Positions 16,869 through 25,258 of a DNA stretch of 28,336 bases are shown piece by piece; position 1 is the stretch's first letter, and the number at the start of each line of letters is the position of its first letter. Source of the DNA: Candidatus Woesearchaeota archaeon (GTDB lineage Archaea; Nanobdellota; Nanobdellia; Pacearchaeales; GW2011-AR1); the NCBI GenBank assembly GCA_964530955.1, contig CAZHCL010000013.1, positions 1 to 28,336 of the forward strand, given 5' to 3'. The position numbers and the translations under genes were made by a program. Below the pieces are notes generated by a model, which saw only the letters and a program-made list of their open reading frames with translations, did no database searches and was not told where the DNA came from.

Positions 16869-18917
16869 TTATTCTGAAAGAGCTTGAGAAGAATCTGAAT
16901 CCTTTTTCACCTTGATAATATGGTCTACGAAGCCTTCCATTTTCTGCTCATGACTGACAAGAATTAGCTGCTTGGCATTAAGTTCCCTTAGAACTTCTCT
17001 TATTTTATCTATTTGGGCATCTGAAAATCCTTCAGTAGGTTCATCAAGAATTATTAAATCGCGGGTTTTTATTGTTGTAACTGCTGAATTTATAGTTTGA
17101 TTAAGAGCTAGACGATATGCAAGAGCTACTGCGGTCCTTTCCCCTCCCGAAAGGAAAGAATAGTCCATTTCTGCCCCGCCCTGTGCAATTATCGGAGTGA
17201 AATTTTCATCCAAATGAACTTCAAAAGAATCCTGGACTAGAAGAGAGAACCATTTGCTGAACAGTTTTGAAAATTCGCTTCTGAGTCTTAGCATTACACT
17301 TCTCTCTGTGAAATTTATGAGACTAGAGAAATGATTTGACAGCCAGTCATTCAACTCAAGCAGAGAACCAAGTCTTCTCTTCTTCTCTTCTTTCTCAGAT
17401 ATTGTTTTTTCAAGAAGGGTGATTTCTTTGCTCGTTAATTCTATTTCTTTTTTCAGTTCTGCAAGGGAGATTTCTGATCTCTTCTCATTAACAAATGCTT
17501 TTTTTAATTCATCCTGTTTAAGCTTGTAAATATTAATAAAACGAGAATATTCAAGTATTCCTGCTTTTAGGTCTTCAAGATGCTTTGTTAAAAGAGAAAT
17601 ATCCTTTTCGGCACTAACTTGATTTTTCAGAAGTTCCTGGAGTTTTTTTCTATACTTTTCAACTTCAAACATTTTTGACTTTAATACTTCTAGTTTTAAT
17701 TTATTTTCTTCAAGAGCAGATTTCTTTATTCTCATTTCCTTTATTTTTGCGGGAAGTAATGAAATAGACAACTCAATTTTTTCTATTTCTTTTGAAATAG
17801 AGCTTATTTGTTGCTCAGTTTCGTTTAGAATATTGTGCTTGTGGGCAATAGGAACGTCCTGTAGGCAGGTAGGGCAGATGTCTATTTTGAAAACCCTTTC
17901 CTTCTTTGTGAGACTTTCTGCTTTTCTCTGCTTAAGGGAATTTACTTCGCTTAACAAAGTAGTATACTCTCTCTGAACTGATTCAAGTTCAGAGTTTATT
18001 TTGTCTATTTGAGAAATGAAGCTGACTAGTTGACTTTCCTCAAACTTATCCTTATTTTCAGATAGATATTTTTCAATTTCTCTGCTTTCCAACTGCACGG
18101 AAGATAAAACTTCTTTTTTTGCTCCTAGGGCTATTTTAGCTTTTTCAACCTCCGTCTGAAGCTTATCACCTTCGCGCATCTTTGCTTCTATTCCCTTATT
18201 TTCCTCCTCAACCCTTTTCCTATTAATGACTGCCTGCTCTATTGTTTTCAACTGCTCAATTACTGTGAGCTCAAGACTTTTTATGTCCCCATATTTTGAG
18301 ATTAGCAATATCTTGTCTAAGTCAAGGGAAGAAATTTCTCCCTGCAGGAGTTTTGAGTCAATTTTTATCTTATCAAGAAGAATGATCAGATTTTCTCTTA
18401 TCGTCTTATACTTGTCTATTCCAAAAATATGCCTTAATATATTGAGTCTTGTTTCAGAGTCTTCTGAAATTATCTGTTTCATCTGTTCCTGAGGAGTATA
18501 GACAGTATACCTGTAGAGAATATTATTCTTTTTTATGAACTCTGACGGGTAGCCCAATAGAGAGATTATTTTTGACTTAAGCTCGGTTATTGAGCATTCT
18601 GTCTTTTCTCCATTTATTATTATGGCAGAATAATCATTTACGACACTCTTTCCTCTTTTCAATTTTCTTTCAATGATTATATTGCTTCCTGAAAGTTCAA
18701 ACTCGAGTGAAACCTCTCCCGATGATGCACTATTTCTAAGAAGCGCTGAACCAGTCTGGCCTGGCTGTAAACCAAAAAGAGCATACTCTATTGCCAGAAG
18801 CAAAGAGGTCTTTCCAGAGCCAACATCACCGGCAAGCATCAGTGAACCTTCTGGAAAATTTATTTCACAGTCACGATAACTTCTTATGTTTTTTAGTATT
18901 AATTTTTTTATTCTCAT
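16869..18917 (-). CDS. rad50: Rad50/SbcC SMC-like ATPase
   Basis: Walker A GDVGSGKT, Q-loop, coiled coils with central CPTC zinc hook, signature LSGGE, Walker B LIILDEPT, H-loop VSH. Confidence 0.93.
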   Translation of the reverse strand: MRIKKLILKNIRSYRDCEINFPEGSLMLAGDVGSGKTSLLLAIEYALFGLQPGQTGSALLRNSASSGEVSLEFELSGSNIIIERKLKRGKSVVNDYSAIIINGEKTECSITELKSKIISLLGYPSEFIKKNNILYRYTVYTPQEQMKQIISEDSETRLNILRHIFGIDKYKTIRENLIILLDKIKIDSKLLQGEISSLDLDKILLISKYGDIKSLELTVIEQLKTIEQAVINRKRVEEENKGIEAKMREGDKLQTEVEKAKIALGAKKEVLSSVQLESREIEKYLSENKDKFEESQLVSFISQIDKINSELESVQREYTTLLSEVNSLKQRKAESLTKKERVFKIDICPTCLQDVPIAHKHNILNETEQQISSISKEIEKIELSISLLPAKIKEMRIKKSALEENKLKLEVLKSKMFEVEKYRKKLQELLKNQVSAEKDISLLTKHLEDLKAGILEYSRFINIYKLKQDELKKAFVNEKRSEISLAELKKEIELTSKEITLLEKTISEKEEKKRRLGSLLELNDWLSNHFSSLINFTERSVMLRLRSEFSKLFSKWFSLLVQDSFEVHLDENFTPIIAQGGAEMDYSFLSGGERTAVALAYRLALNQTINSAVTTIKTRDLIILDEPTEGFSDAQIDKIREVLRELNAKQLILVSHEQKMEGFVDHIIKVKKDSDSSQALSE

Positions 18918-18918
18918 T

Positions 18919-20064
18919 TTAAATTCCTAATATTTTTTCTGATTCTGATATTACTCTTTCTGCAAATACGGATGACTTTTCATCATCCATTTTTTCAATT
19001 TGAAGTGATTTTAAGAGTGAATTTATAAGATGATTGAACTTGCCAGGATTTTTATCAACAAAAGTCTTTACTATTTGTTCCTCAATATTTGAAGAGTCGG
19101 TTACGTCCATTATTTCGGGCTCTAGAATTGAAAGCCTTGAGGTGGTTCTTAATATGGAGTAAGCTCCTTTGCTTTTAACAAAGGATTCTATTTTTGCAAA
19201 ATCTATGTCTGAAGTTTTTCCTTTTTCAATAGTTCCAAAAAATTTTAATATGGTTATTTTATCTTTCAAAGATTCTTTTTCAAGCAGAGAAAGAATTTGG
19301 TCTGTGGCAGAAAGTGCATCTTTTATTTCTATACTGAAAACCTTAACTTCTTTCAGCTTTAAGTCAATTCTTTTTACAAGTCCATTATCAAAAATATAAA
19401 ATGATCCGGACTCAAGCTCTTCAAGTTCTGAAATGTTGTTTGGGAAAATTGGACCAGAATAAACTCTTCCTTCTTTGCTATAATTTATGTGGAGATGTGA
19501 AAGCGCAAGGTAATCTACTTTTGGAAGAGCAGAATGGTCTACTGCTTCAATAGGTAATGTACCCACTGCATCTCTTAATGCTGTATGAAGCATTAATATT
19601 TTGAATAATCCTGGAGAGTCCTGCAGTTTGACTCTCTCAATGTCCTGAACTTCCATTGATGACTTTTTTCCAGGATATCCGTATATTGCAACATTTTGAT
19701 GAATTGTCGGGAATAAAATTATGCTGTCATCTCTTTCTTCATAATTCATTACATTTATGCAGAAACCTGCTTTCTCAAGTACATCAAGAAATGTTTTTCC
19801 AGAAGCTGAATAGTCGTGACTCCCAGTTATGTAGAATACAGGTATTTTTGCTTCTTTCAGCCTTTTTAGTTCTCCAAAGGCATCCTTAATTGTGTCTATT
19901 GGAGGGTAGGGATTATCAAAAAAGTCCCCAGTTAGAAGAACGAACTCTACTTTTTCTGCAATACATTTTGATATTGCAAGCTGAAAGCTCTGTAAATTTA
20001 ATTCCAGTAGTTCTGGCTGTCTCCATCCTCCGAGATGGCAATCACCCATATGCGCAAATTTCAT
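18919..20064 (-). CDS. mre11: Mre11/SbcD nuclease
   Basis: DCHLG, GDFFD, GSHD, LMLH and SHLH phosphoesterase motifs; directly upstream of rad50. Confidence 0.92.
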   Translation of the reverse strand: MKFAHMGDCHLGGWRQPELLELNLQSFQLAISKCIAEKVEFVLLTGDFFDNPYPPIDTIKDAFGELKRLKEAKIPVFYITGSHDYSASGKTFLDVLEKAGFCINVMNYEERDDSIILFPTIHQNVAIYGYPGKKSSMEVQDIERVKLQDSPGLFKILMLHTALRDAVGTLPIEAVDHSALPKVDYLALSHLHINYSKEGRVYSGPIFPNNISELEELESGSFYIFDNGLVKRIDLKLKEVKVFSIEIKDALSATDQILSLLEKESLKDKITILKFFGTIEKGKTSDIDFAKIESFVKSKGAYSILRTTSRLSILEPEIMDVTDSSNIEEQIVKTFVDKNPGKFNHLINSLLKSLQIEKMDDEKSSVFAERVISESEKILGI

Positions 20065-20123
20065 TAAATTTTTAGCAGGGAGAGATTATTTATAGATTGT
20101 TGTTGTAAAAAGAAAGAGAGTTA

Positions 20124-20627
20124 TTAGCAGGAAATATCTTGGGATATAATTGCATTGTCACAGGCAGCAAGAACATTAAGATTCTTGTCAGTCACTGCAG
20201 GCTCAACTTCCAAAATATAACTTCCAGGATTGCTAATTATCTTATTGTTTATCGAAAATGATTTATTCAGAGGAGGCTGGCTTGGGATCAACCCGGAAGC
20301 GAAATAGAGGTCTGAATTATTCGAATTTATTAGTGTTTTTGTTGACTTTCCAGGGAGGCCTATTCTTATGTATGCTGCGTCTATTGTAAATCTTCCTCGG
20401 TTTACAAAGCTAATAGAAAGAGTGGAATTATCAACTCCATAGGCACAGTTAATGCTGGGAAGAGAAAGGCTTATTTCATCAGGGCATACTGGTCTGTCTT
20501 TTGGGACATAGACTTTCAAATAACCAAAAACAAGAACTCCTGCTGCGATTGCTATAATGATTAGTAAAGTGTAGCTGACTAGTTCACTTACTCCTTTTTT
20601 ATTCTGCAGATATATAGGTTTCACCAT
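20124..20627 (-). CDS. Archaeal type IV pilin-like protein (class III signal peptide)
   Basis: NKKG|VSELVSYTLLIIIAIAAGVLVFGYL prepilin motif; globular domain with a Cys pair. Confidence 0.8.
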   Translation of the reverse strand: MVKPIYLQNKKGVSELVSYTLLIIIAIAAGVLVFGYLKVYVPKDRPVCPDEISLSLPSINCAYGVDNSTLSISFVNRGRFTIDAAYIRIGLPGKSTKTLINSNNSDLYFASGLIPSQPPLNKSFSINNKIISNPGSYILEVEPAVTDKNLNVLAACDNAIISQDISC

Positions 20628-21078
20628 CTTGATTTGCGCTAACTATAACATAAAAGTTATAGCCTTTAGTTATATTAAAAGAATAGGGGACATTATTTAA
20701 ACTTACTCCGAGAACTGGGTCTGTTGTTAAATCTAAATTATAACTTGTGCCAGAAGAATATGTTGCTGCATTAAAAACGGAATCATAACTGTTTCCATAA
20801 ATTATTGAAATATTGTATTGAGGATAGAATTCTGAATAGGAGGAGGTTATATTTTGCAAATCAAAATATATTACGGCAGAAGTAAAGTTATTGTAAACTC
20901 CCTGATTGATTAACTGGACTGATTCATATTTTATGTCCTTTGCAACCGCATTTAATTTTCCTGAATCAAAATTTGATGTTCTCGCTGAATTTGAAACTAC
21001 TCCAAAGCTGAAAACAACAACGATTATTACAAGTGCTGCGATAAGGAAAAACTGACCTCTTTTTCTTTTTACTGCCAT
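20599..21078 (-). CDS. Type IV pilin-like protein (class III signal peptide)
   Basis: KRKRG|QFFLIAALVIIVVVF prepilin-type N-terminus. Confidence 0.75.
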   Translation of the reverse strand: MAVKRKRGQFFLIAALVIIVVVFSFGVVSNSARTSNFDSGKLNAVAKDIKYESVQLINQGVYNNFTSAVIYFDLQNITSSYSEFYPQYNISIIYGNSYDSVFNAATYSSGTSYNLDLTTDPVLGVSLNNVPYSFNITKGYNFYVIVSANQDGETYISAE

Positions 21079-21121
21079 GATTGAATATGTTCGACTTTCT
21101 TTTTATATGTTATGCAGAGAG

Positions 21122-21132
21122 ATAAAAAATTA
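21122..21132 (-). terminator. U-rich terminator after SRP RNA
   Basis: The minus strand reads TAATTTTTTAT immediately 3' of the terminal helix. Confidence 0.5.
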
Positions 21133-21389
21133 TGCAGACGGGGAGCTTGCTCGGTTAGGATAGGTAAGTTTACTCTTGTCTTTCTCGGCTTTGCACTCCT
21201 GCAAGCACCCTACTTCCTGTTTATGGCTGCTCCGATCAAGGCCTGACCAGTTTCACAGGAGCAAGATCGAACAGGACAAAACGTCAACGTTGGACAAAAG
21301 ACTTACAAATCTTTGCCTCACTTGCTCCTTTAAGCCCACTTGAAGCCCGCTAGTGAATGGCGCAGGGCTAGCGCGCCGGCTCGTCTACA
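21133..21389 (-). ncRNA. ffs: Signal recognition particle RNA (SRP/7S RNA), ~257 nt
   Basis: The minus strand contains the helix-8 motif UCCUGU-GAAAC-UGG-UCAGG-CC-UUGAUC-GG-AGCAG-CCA-UAA-ACAGGA. The terminal helix pairs UGUAGACG with CGUCUGCA. Alu hairpins GGCGC/GCGCC and CACU/AGUG have complementary GCCC/GGGC loops. A TATA box lies upstream and a U6 run downstream. GC content is higher than the flanks. Confidence 0.88.
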
Positions 21390-21409
21390 TTTTCAGGTAA
21401 TTGAAGAGA

Positions 21410-21417
21410 TATTTAAA
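21410..21417 (-). promoter_or_regulatory. TATA box (TTTAAATA) of SRP RNA
   Basis: Ends 20 nt before the predicted 5' end at 21389. Confidence 0.6.
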
Positions 21418-21475
21418 TGTGAGTATTCCAAGATTGTTGAGTAAAAGTTTTTAAACTACATGACTATATATCAGC

Positions 21476-22144
21476 ATGGCTGGTGGCAATATTATCTCTT
21501 GGAAGAAAAGAATTGCGGTTATGGTAATTGTCTTGATTGCTGCTTTTTTGATTCTCTTTTTTGTTGAGATGAGATGTAATTTTCTAAACTGGAGTGGAGC
21601 GCCAGCAGATTGCAGGATACTTCCTATAACAAAGATATTGAGCCTTGGCTTTGAAACTCCATTGTTTATCTATCAATATTTGTTTGCCTCACCTATCACT
21701 GCTCATCCAGATATACCCTCGGCGTTTTCCTATTTGTCTTTACTTTGTGAAGTAGTATATGCCTATTTTATTTCTATGATTTATCTCCGACGTAAAGAAA
21801 TTGCGGATAAGTATTCGAAATGGAGTATTTTACTTTTTTTATTTTTATTCCTCTATATATCTTGGATAGTCCTCTTTAATCTGCCATTTGCGCTTGATTC
21901 GTCTTATGGATTCGGAACCACCCATATGCCCAACTCAAGTGGTGGTTGGTCTTCGGATTATAACTCGCGTACTGCATTCGCTTATTCTTTAGTTTGGCCT
22001 ATTGCTCCTTTTCTTAATCCTGAAGCATTATACTTTTCTTCTTCAATAGAAGTATTTGTAGGGAACGTCCTGCCATTATTATTAGTTACATTATTAATTT
22101 ATTTTCTATTCTTTAGGGTTAAGCCAGCAGCACAATCTAAGTAG
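21476..22144 (+). CDS. Polytopic membrane protein of unknown function (222 aa)
   Basis: About five hydrophobic segments; divergent from SRP RNA, with a TATA-like TTTAAACT at 21450-21457. Confidence 0.65.
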   Translation: MAGGNIISWKKRIAVMVIVLIAAFLILFFVEMRCNFLNWSGAPADCRILPITKILSLGFETPLFIYQYLFASPITAHPDIPSAFSYLSLLCEVVYAYFISMIYLRRKEIADKYSKWSILLFLFLFLYISWIVLFNLPFALDSSYGFGTTHMPNSSGGWSSDYNSRTAFAYSLVWPIAPFLNPEALYFSSSIEVFVGNVLPLLLVTLLIYFLFFRVKPAAQSK

Positions 22145-22214
22145 AGATTTATCTGCACAATTCAGATAAATATAAATAAGAGATTTATCTTCTGGAACAA
22201 TCTAGCTCTAGAGC
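22143..22214. promoter_or_regulatory. Repeat-laden promoter/operator region
   Basis: Inverted repeat ATTTATCTG(22147-55)-N7-CAGATAAAT(22163-71); direct repeat AGAGATTTATCT at 22143 and 22179; TATAAATA at 22171-78; palindrome GCTCTAGAGC at 22205-14. Confidence 0.55.
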
Positions 22215-22218
22215 GAAG

Positions 22219-22629
22219 ATGAAAGGAGGGATAAAAATGGATAAGAATACGTGGGGAATAGTGATTGCAGTGGCAGTCATTGTTGGGGTGATTTCTTCAG
22301 TTGTAACTGCTTCCTTTACGGGCAGCGTTATAAGAAGTACTGATCTACCTTCTGGGAACTATAAAGTCTATACTACTACAGATATAGACAGCAAGTTTGC
22401 GAGCTTCAAGGCGAAGTCCTGTGATGGAGATTCTATATGTGAAGTTTCTAAAATAATTTCAACACCTAAAGGTAGCACGGGGAATCTTGTTTTGACTTCA
22501 GACAATAAGGTAGTCTATGTTGATGGAACTCTCGTAGTTACTAATTTGATTGGAAATGGTACAGTCTATGCATGTATAAATGGCCAGGGAGTTATTTTCA
22601 GAAGCCAGACGCCTTGTGTTGCGCATTAA
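22219..22629 (+). CDS. Small secreted/anchored Cys-containing protein; true start may be 22237
   Basis: N-terminal hydrophobic helix; CDGDSICE and GNGTVYACINGQGVIFRSQTPC segments; AGGAGG lies upstream of the ATG at 22237. Confidence 0.7.
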   Translation: MKGGIKMDKNTWGIVIAVAVIVGVISSVVTASFTGSVIRSTDLPSGNYKVYTTTDIDSKFASFKAKSCDGDSICEVSKIISTPKGSTGNLVLTSDNKVVYVDGTLVVTNLIGNGTVYACINGQGVIFRSQTPCVAH

Positions 22630-22832
22630 TTAGAAATTTTCTTTTTGTTCTTAGCTGGCAGAGATAACTTTGAAACTCTGCCTCCGTTAATCTGAGACTT
22701 TATGTTGGTAAGATTTTCCGTGGAATCAGTCCCGATATTCTTTCTAGGGAAGGTAAATACAATTATTAGCGCGATGAGTATTACTAATAATAAAATGTTT
22801 CCGACAATCATTGCCAAGGTAATATCCATCAA
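22626..22832 (-). CDS. Small single-TM protein (68 aa)
   Basis: N-terminal TM and basic tail; TATA-like element at 22851-58; stop codon overlaps that of the convergent gene. Confidence 0.5.
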   Translation of the reverse strand: MMDITLAMIVGNILLLVILIALIIVFTFPRKNIGTDSTENLTNIKSQINGGRVSKLSLPAKNKKKISN

Positions 22833-22873
22833 ATCTGGAGAAAAAAATTGTATTTAAGCATTTATGTCATCCA

Positions 22874-24535
22874 TTACATTTTTTCCAATGCTTCAATTCC
22901 AAGAAGAGAAAGAGAATTCTTTAGCACCTGAGAGAAACAATCAACTAAAGTAAGTCTTAATTGTTCATTCTCTGAGCCTATGACCTGCTCTGAATGGTAG
23001 AATTCATTGAATTTTTGAGATATTTCAAAGGCGTAATTTGCGATGATAGCTGGAGATAGCTCTTTGCATGAATGATTAATTATCTCGGGGAATCTTGAAA
23101 GAAGTAACGCAAGAGATTTTTCTTTGTCACCTACGCCAGATATGCCTGACTTTGGTTTGTATTTAGCCTTTCTTAGAATGCTTTTTGCCCTTGCGTATGT
23201 GTAAAGTAAATAGGGGCCAGTGTTTCCTTCAAATGAAATGAACTTGCCAATATCAAAAGTCATATCATTTACTCGATTATTTTTTAAATCTCCGTAAAAT
23301 ATCGCAGCTATTGCAATTATTTTTGCTCTCTTTTCAAGTTCGTTCTTGCTTAACTTTTCTCGTTTCGATATCTCTTCTCTCGCAAGGGAAATAGTTTCAT
23401 TTAAAATATCTTCCATGAACACAGTTTTACCTTCTCTTGTTGAAAACTTCTTTCCATCCTTGTCCAAATAAAGACCGTGAGAAACATGGGTGCAATTTTT
23501 CGCCCAGGAATATCCCATTAATTCAAGAACCTTGAATAATTGTTGGAAATGTAGCTTCTGCTCCTGGCCTACTTCATAGATCATTCTATTAAAATGATAT
23601 TTATTGAAACGATCTATTGCAGCTGTTAGGTCTCTGGTTGCGTAAAGAGTCGCACCATCGCTTTTTCTTATAAGACAGAAACCTAAATTATATTTTTCAA
23701 GGTCAACTCCCTCTGCTCCTTCGTTCTTTACAAGTAGACCTTTTTCTCTCAGCTCTTTTACCGTTTCGTCCATCTTTTTATTGTACAAAGATTCTCCAGA
23801 AATAACATCGAACTTAATGTTCATCAAATAGTATAAATTACTAAACTCTTTCATACTCATATTCTTGAAAAGTTTCCAAAGTCTTAGGGCTTCTTTATCT
23901 CCATCTTCGAGTTTTTTGAACCAATCCCTTGCCTCCTGATCATACTCTTCGCTGTTTCCTTTCACATATAATTCAAGCAAGTGCTTTATTGGCTCTTTTT
24001 TGAGTTTTTTTGCGTCTCCAAACTTCTTGTAACCTACAATTAATTTTCCAAATTGAGTTCCCCAATCCCCTAAATAATTAATTTTTGTTGTTTTATACCC
24101 TAGAAAAGAGTATATTTTGGATATGGAATTGCCTATTATTGTTGAACGTAAATGCCCTATTCCGAATGGTTTTGCTATGTTTGGAGAAGACATATCTAAC
24201 ACAACTTTTTTTCCAGCTCCTTGCTTTGAAGAACCGTATTTATCTCCCTGTTTCAATATATCCTTCAGTATATCGAAGGTTACTTTTTGATTATTAAGAA
24301 AGAAATTTATGTAAGGTCCATGAGATTCTACCTTTTCAAACGCAGGATTTTTTATCTTTGAAGAAATATCTTTTGCAATTTCCACAGGATTTTTCTTCAA
24401 AACTTTCGCGAGAGAGAAACAAGGAAATGCAAAATCCCCCAATTCTTGAGAAGGAGGAACTTCTAATGCCCTTTCGATATCTTCTCTACTCAATTTAATT
24501 AGGGTAGATAGTTCGGATACAATAATATCTTTCAT
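22874..24535 (-). CDS. argS: Arginine--tRNA ligase
   Basis: GDFAFPCF N-domain, SSPNIAKPFGIGHLRSTIIG (HIGH), NYLGDWGTQFG, KFSTREG, EGNTGPYLLYTYARAKSI anticodon domain. Confidence 0.97.
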   Translation of the reverse strand: MKDIIVSELSTLIKLSREDIERALEVPPSQELGDFAFPCFSLAKVLKKNPVEIAKDISSKIKNPAFEKVESHGPYINFFLNNQKVTFDILKDILKQGDKYGSSKQGAGKKVVLDMSSPNIAKPFGIGHLRSTIIGNSISKIYSFLGYKTTKINYLGDWGTQFGKLIVGYKKFGDAKKLKKEPIKHLLELYVKGNSEEYDQEARDWFKKLEDGDKEALRLWKLFKNMSMKEFSNLYYLMNIKFDVISGESLYNKKMDETVKELREKGLLVKNEGAEGVDLEKYNLGFCLIRKSDGATLYATRDLTAAIDRFNKYHFNRMIYEVGQEQKLHFQQLFKVLELMGYSWAKNCTHVSHGLYLDKDGKKFSTREGKTVFMEDILNETISLAREEISKREKLSKNELEKRAKIIAIAAIFYGDLKNNRVNDMTFDIGKFISFEGNTGPYLLYTYARAKSILRKAKYKPKSGISGVGDKEKSLALLLSRFPEIINHSCKELSPAIIANYAFEISQKFNEFYHSEQVIGSENEQLRLTLVDCFSQVLKNSLSLLGIEALEKM

Positions 24536-24573
24536 TAATCAGAATAGAAAATGCAATTAATAAATATAGCTAT

Positions 24574-24897
24574 CTATTGCGCAGGAACTGCAGCAACAGA
24601 GGAAACTTCCGTTGGCTTTAAATTATAGCCACATCCCGTACAGAATTTTTGAGATTCATCAATAGATACCTTGCACCCTGGACAATTGGTAATTGGAACT
24701 ACCATCTTTCCTCCACACTGGGGACAAAACTTCTGGTCATGATCGCCTCCTCTTCCACAACCAACACACTTTGGAGGGATTTTCTTTCTTTCTATTACCG
24801 TCTTATAACCCATTTTTCCACCTGATACAATCTTGGAAAAAGCATCCTGGATAGAATCCTCACTCTGATACTTACGTAAATCTAAACAACTTCCCAT
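24574..24897 (-). CDS. Double zinc-ribbon (DZR) protein
   Basis: Four CxxC pairs (CVGC, CPQC, CPGC, CTGC); Shine-Dalgarno-like GAGGTG 4 nt before the ATG. Confidence 0.8.
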   Translation of the reverse strand: MGSCLDLRKYQSEDSIQDAFSKIVSGGKMGYKTVIERKKIPPKCVGCGRGGDHDQKFCPQCGGKMVVPITNCPGCKVSIDESQKFCTGCGYNLKPTEVSSVAAVPAQ

Positions 24898-24980
24898 TTT
24901 ACACCTCTTTAATTGATAAATATAGCCTTTTTCTTTTTATAAATATTTTGTTTTTTGAAATTTTGTCGAGGAAATGGAAA

Positions 24981-25054
24981 AGCCTCTAGAGAGATTTGAA
25001 CTCCCGACCTACTGATTACGAATCAGTCGCTCTGACCAACTGAGCTATAGAGGC
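24981..25054 (-). tRNA. tRNA-Thr(CGU), intronless, CCA not encoded
   Basis: Cloverleaf: acceptor GCCTCTA/TAGAGGC, D-arm GCTC/GAGC, anticodon arm ACTGA-TTCGTAA-TCAGT, T-arm GGGAG-TTCAAAT-CTCTC, discriminator U. Confidence 0.96.
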
Positions 25055-25258
25055 ATACTGGGCAAAATAATGGGAAGATTATAAATGTTTCAATGAAGAA
25101 TCTTTCGATTTGGATTATCTGAAAAATAAAATAAAAAAGTTCTGAAATATTTTTGTCGTCGTAAAAGATAAAAGTTGTTGAAAAGCGATTGGTATCTATA
25201 AAAGTAGTAACATTTATAAATAGGATATTCCTTTTTACTGAAGCAAAAAAAGAGTACA

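Noticed and set aside
11320-19889. Plus-strand ORFs within TrmB, aCPSF1, psmB, rad50 and mre11
   Set aside because: Antisense shadows of conserved genes with no independent coding signal.
21133-21389. RNase P RNA as the identity of the GC-rich intergenic RNA
   Set aside because: No GAGGAAAGUCC/ACAxAAxxCGGCUUA P4 motifs on either strand; the SRP helix-8 and Alu features fit instead.
24981-25054. tRNA-Thr as an integration site of a mobile island
   Set aside because: I saw no duplicated tRNA 3' end, integrase or att-like repeat in the window.
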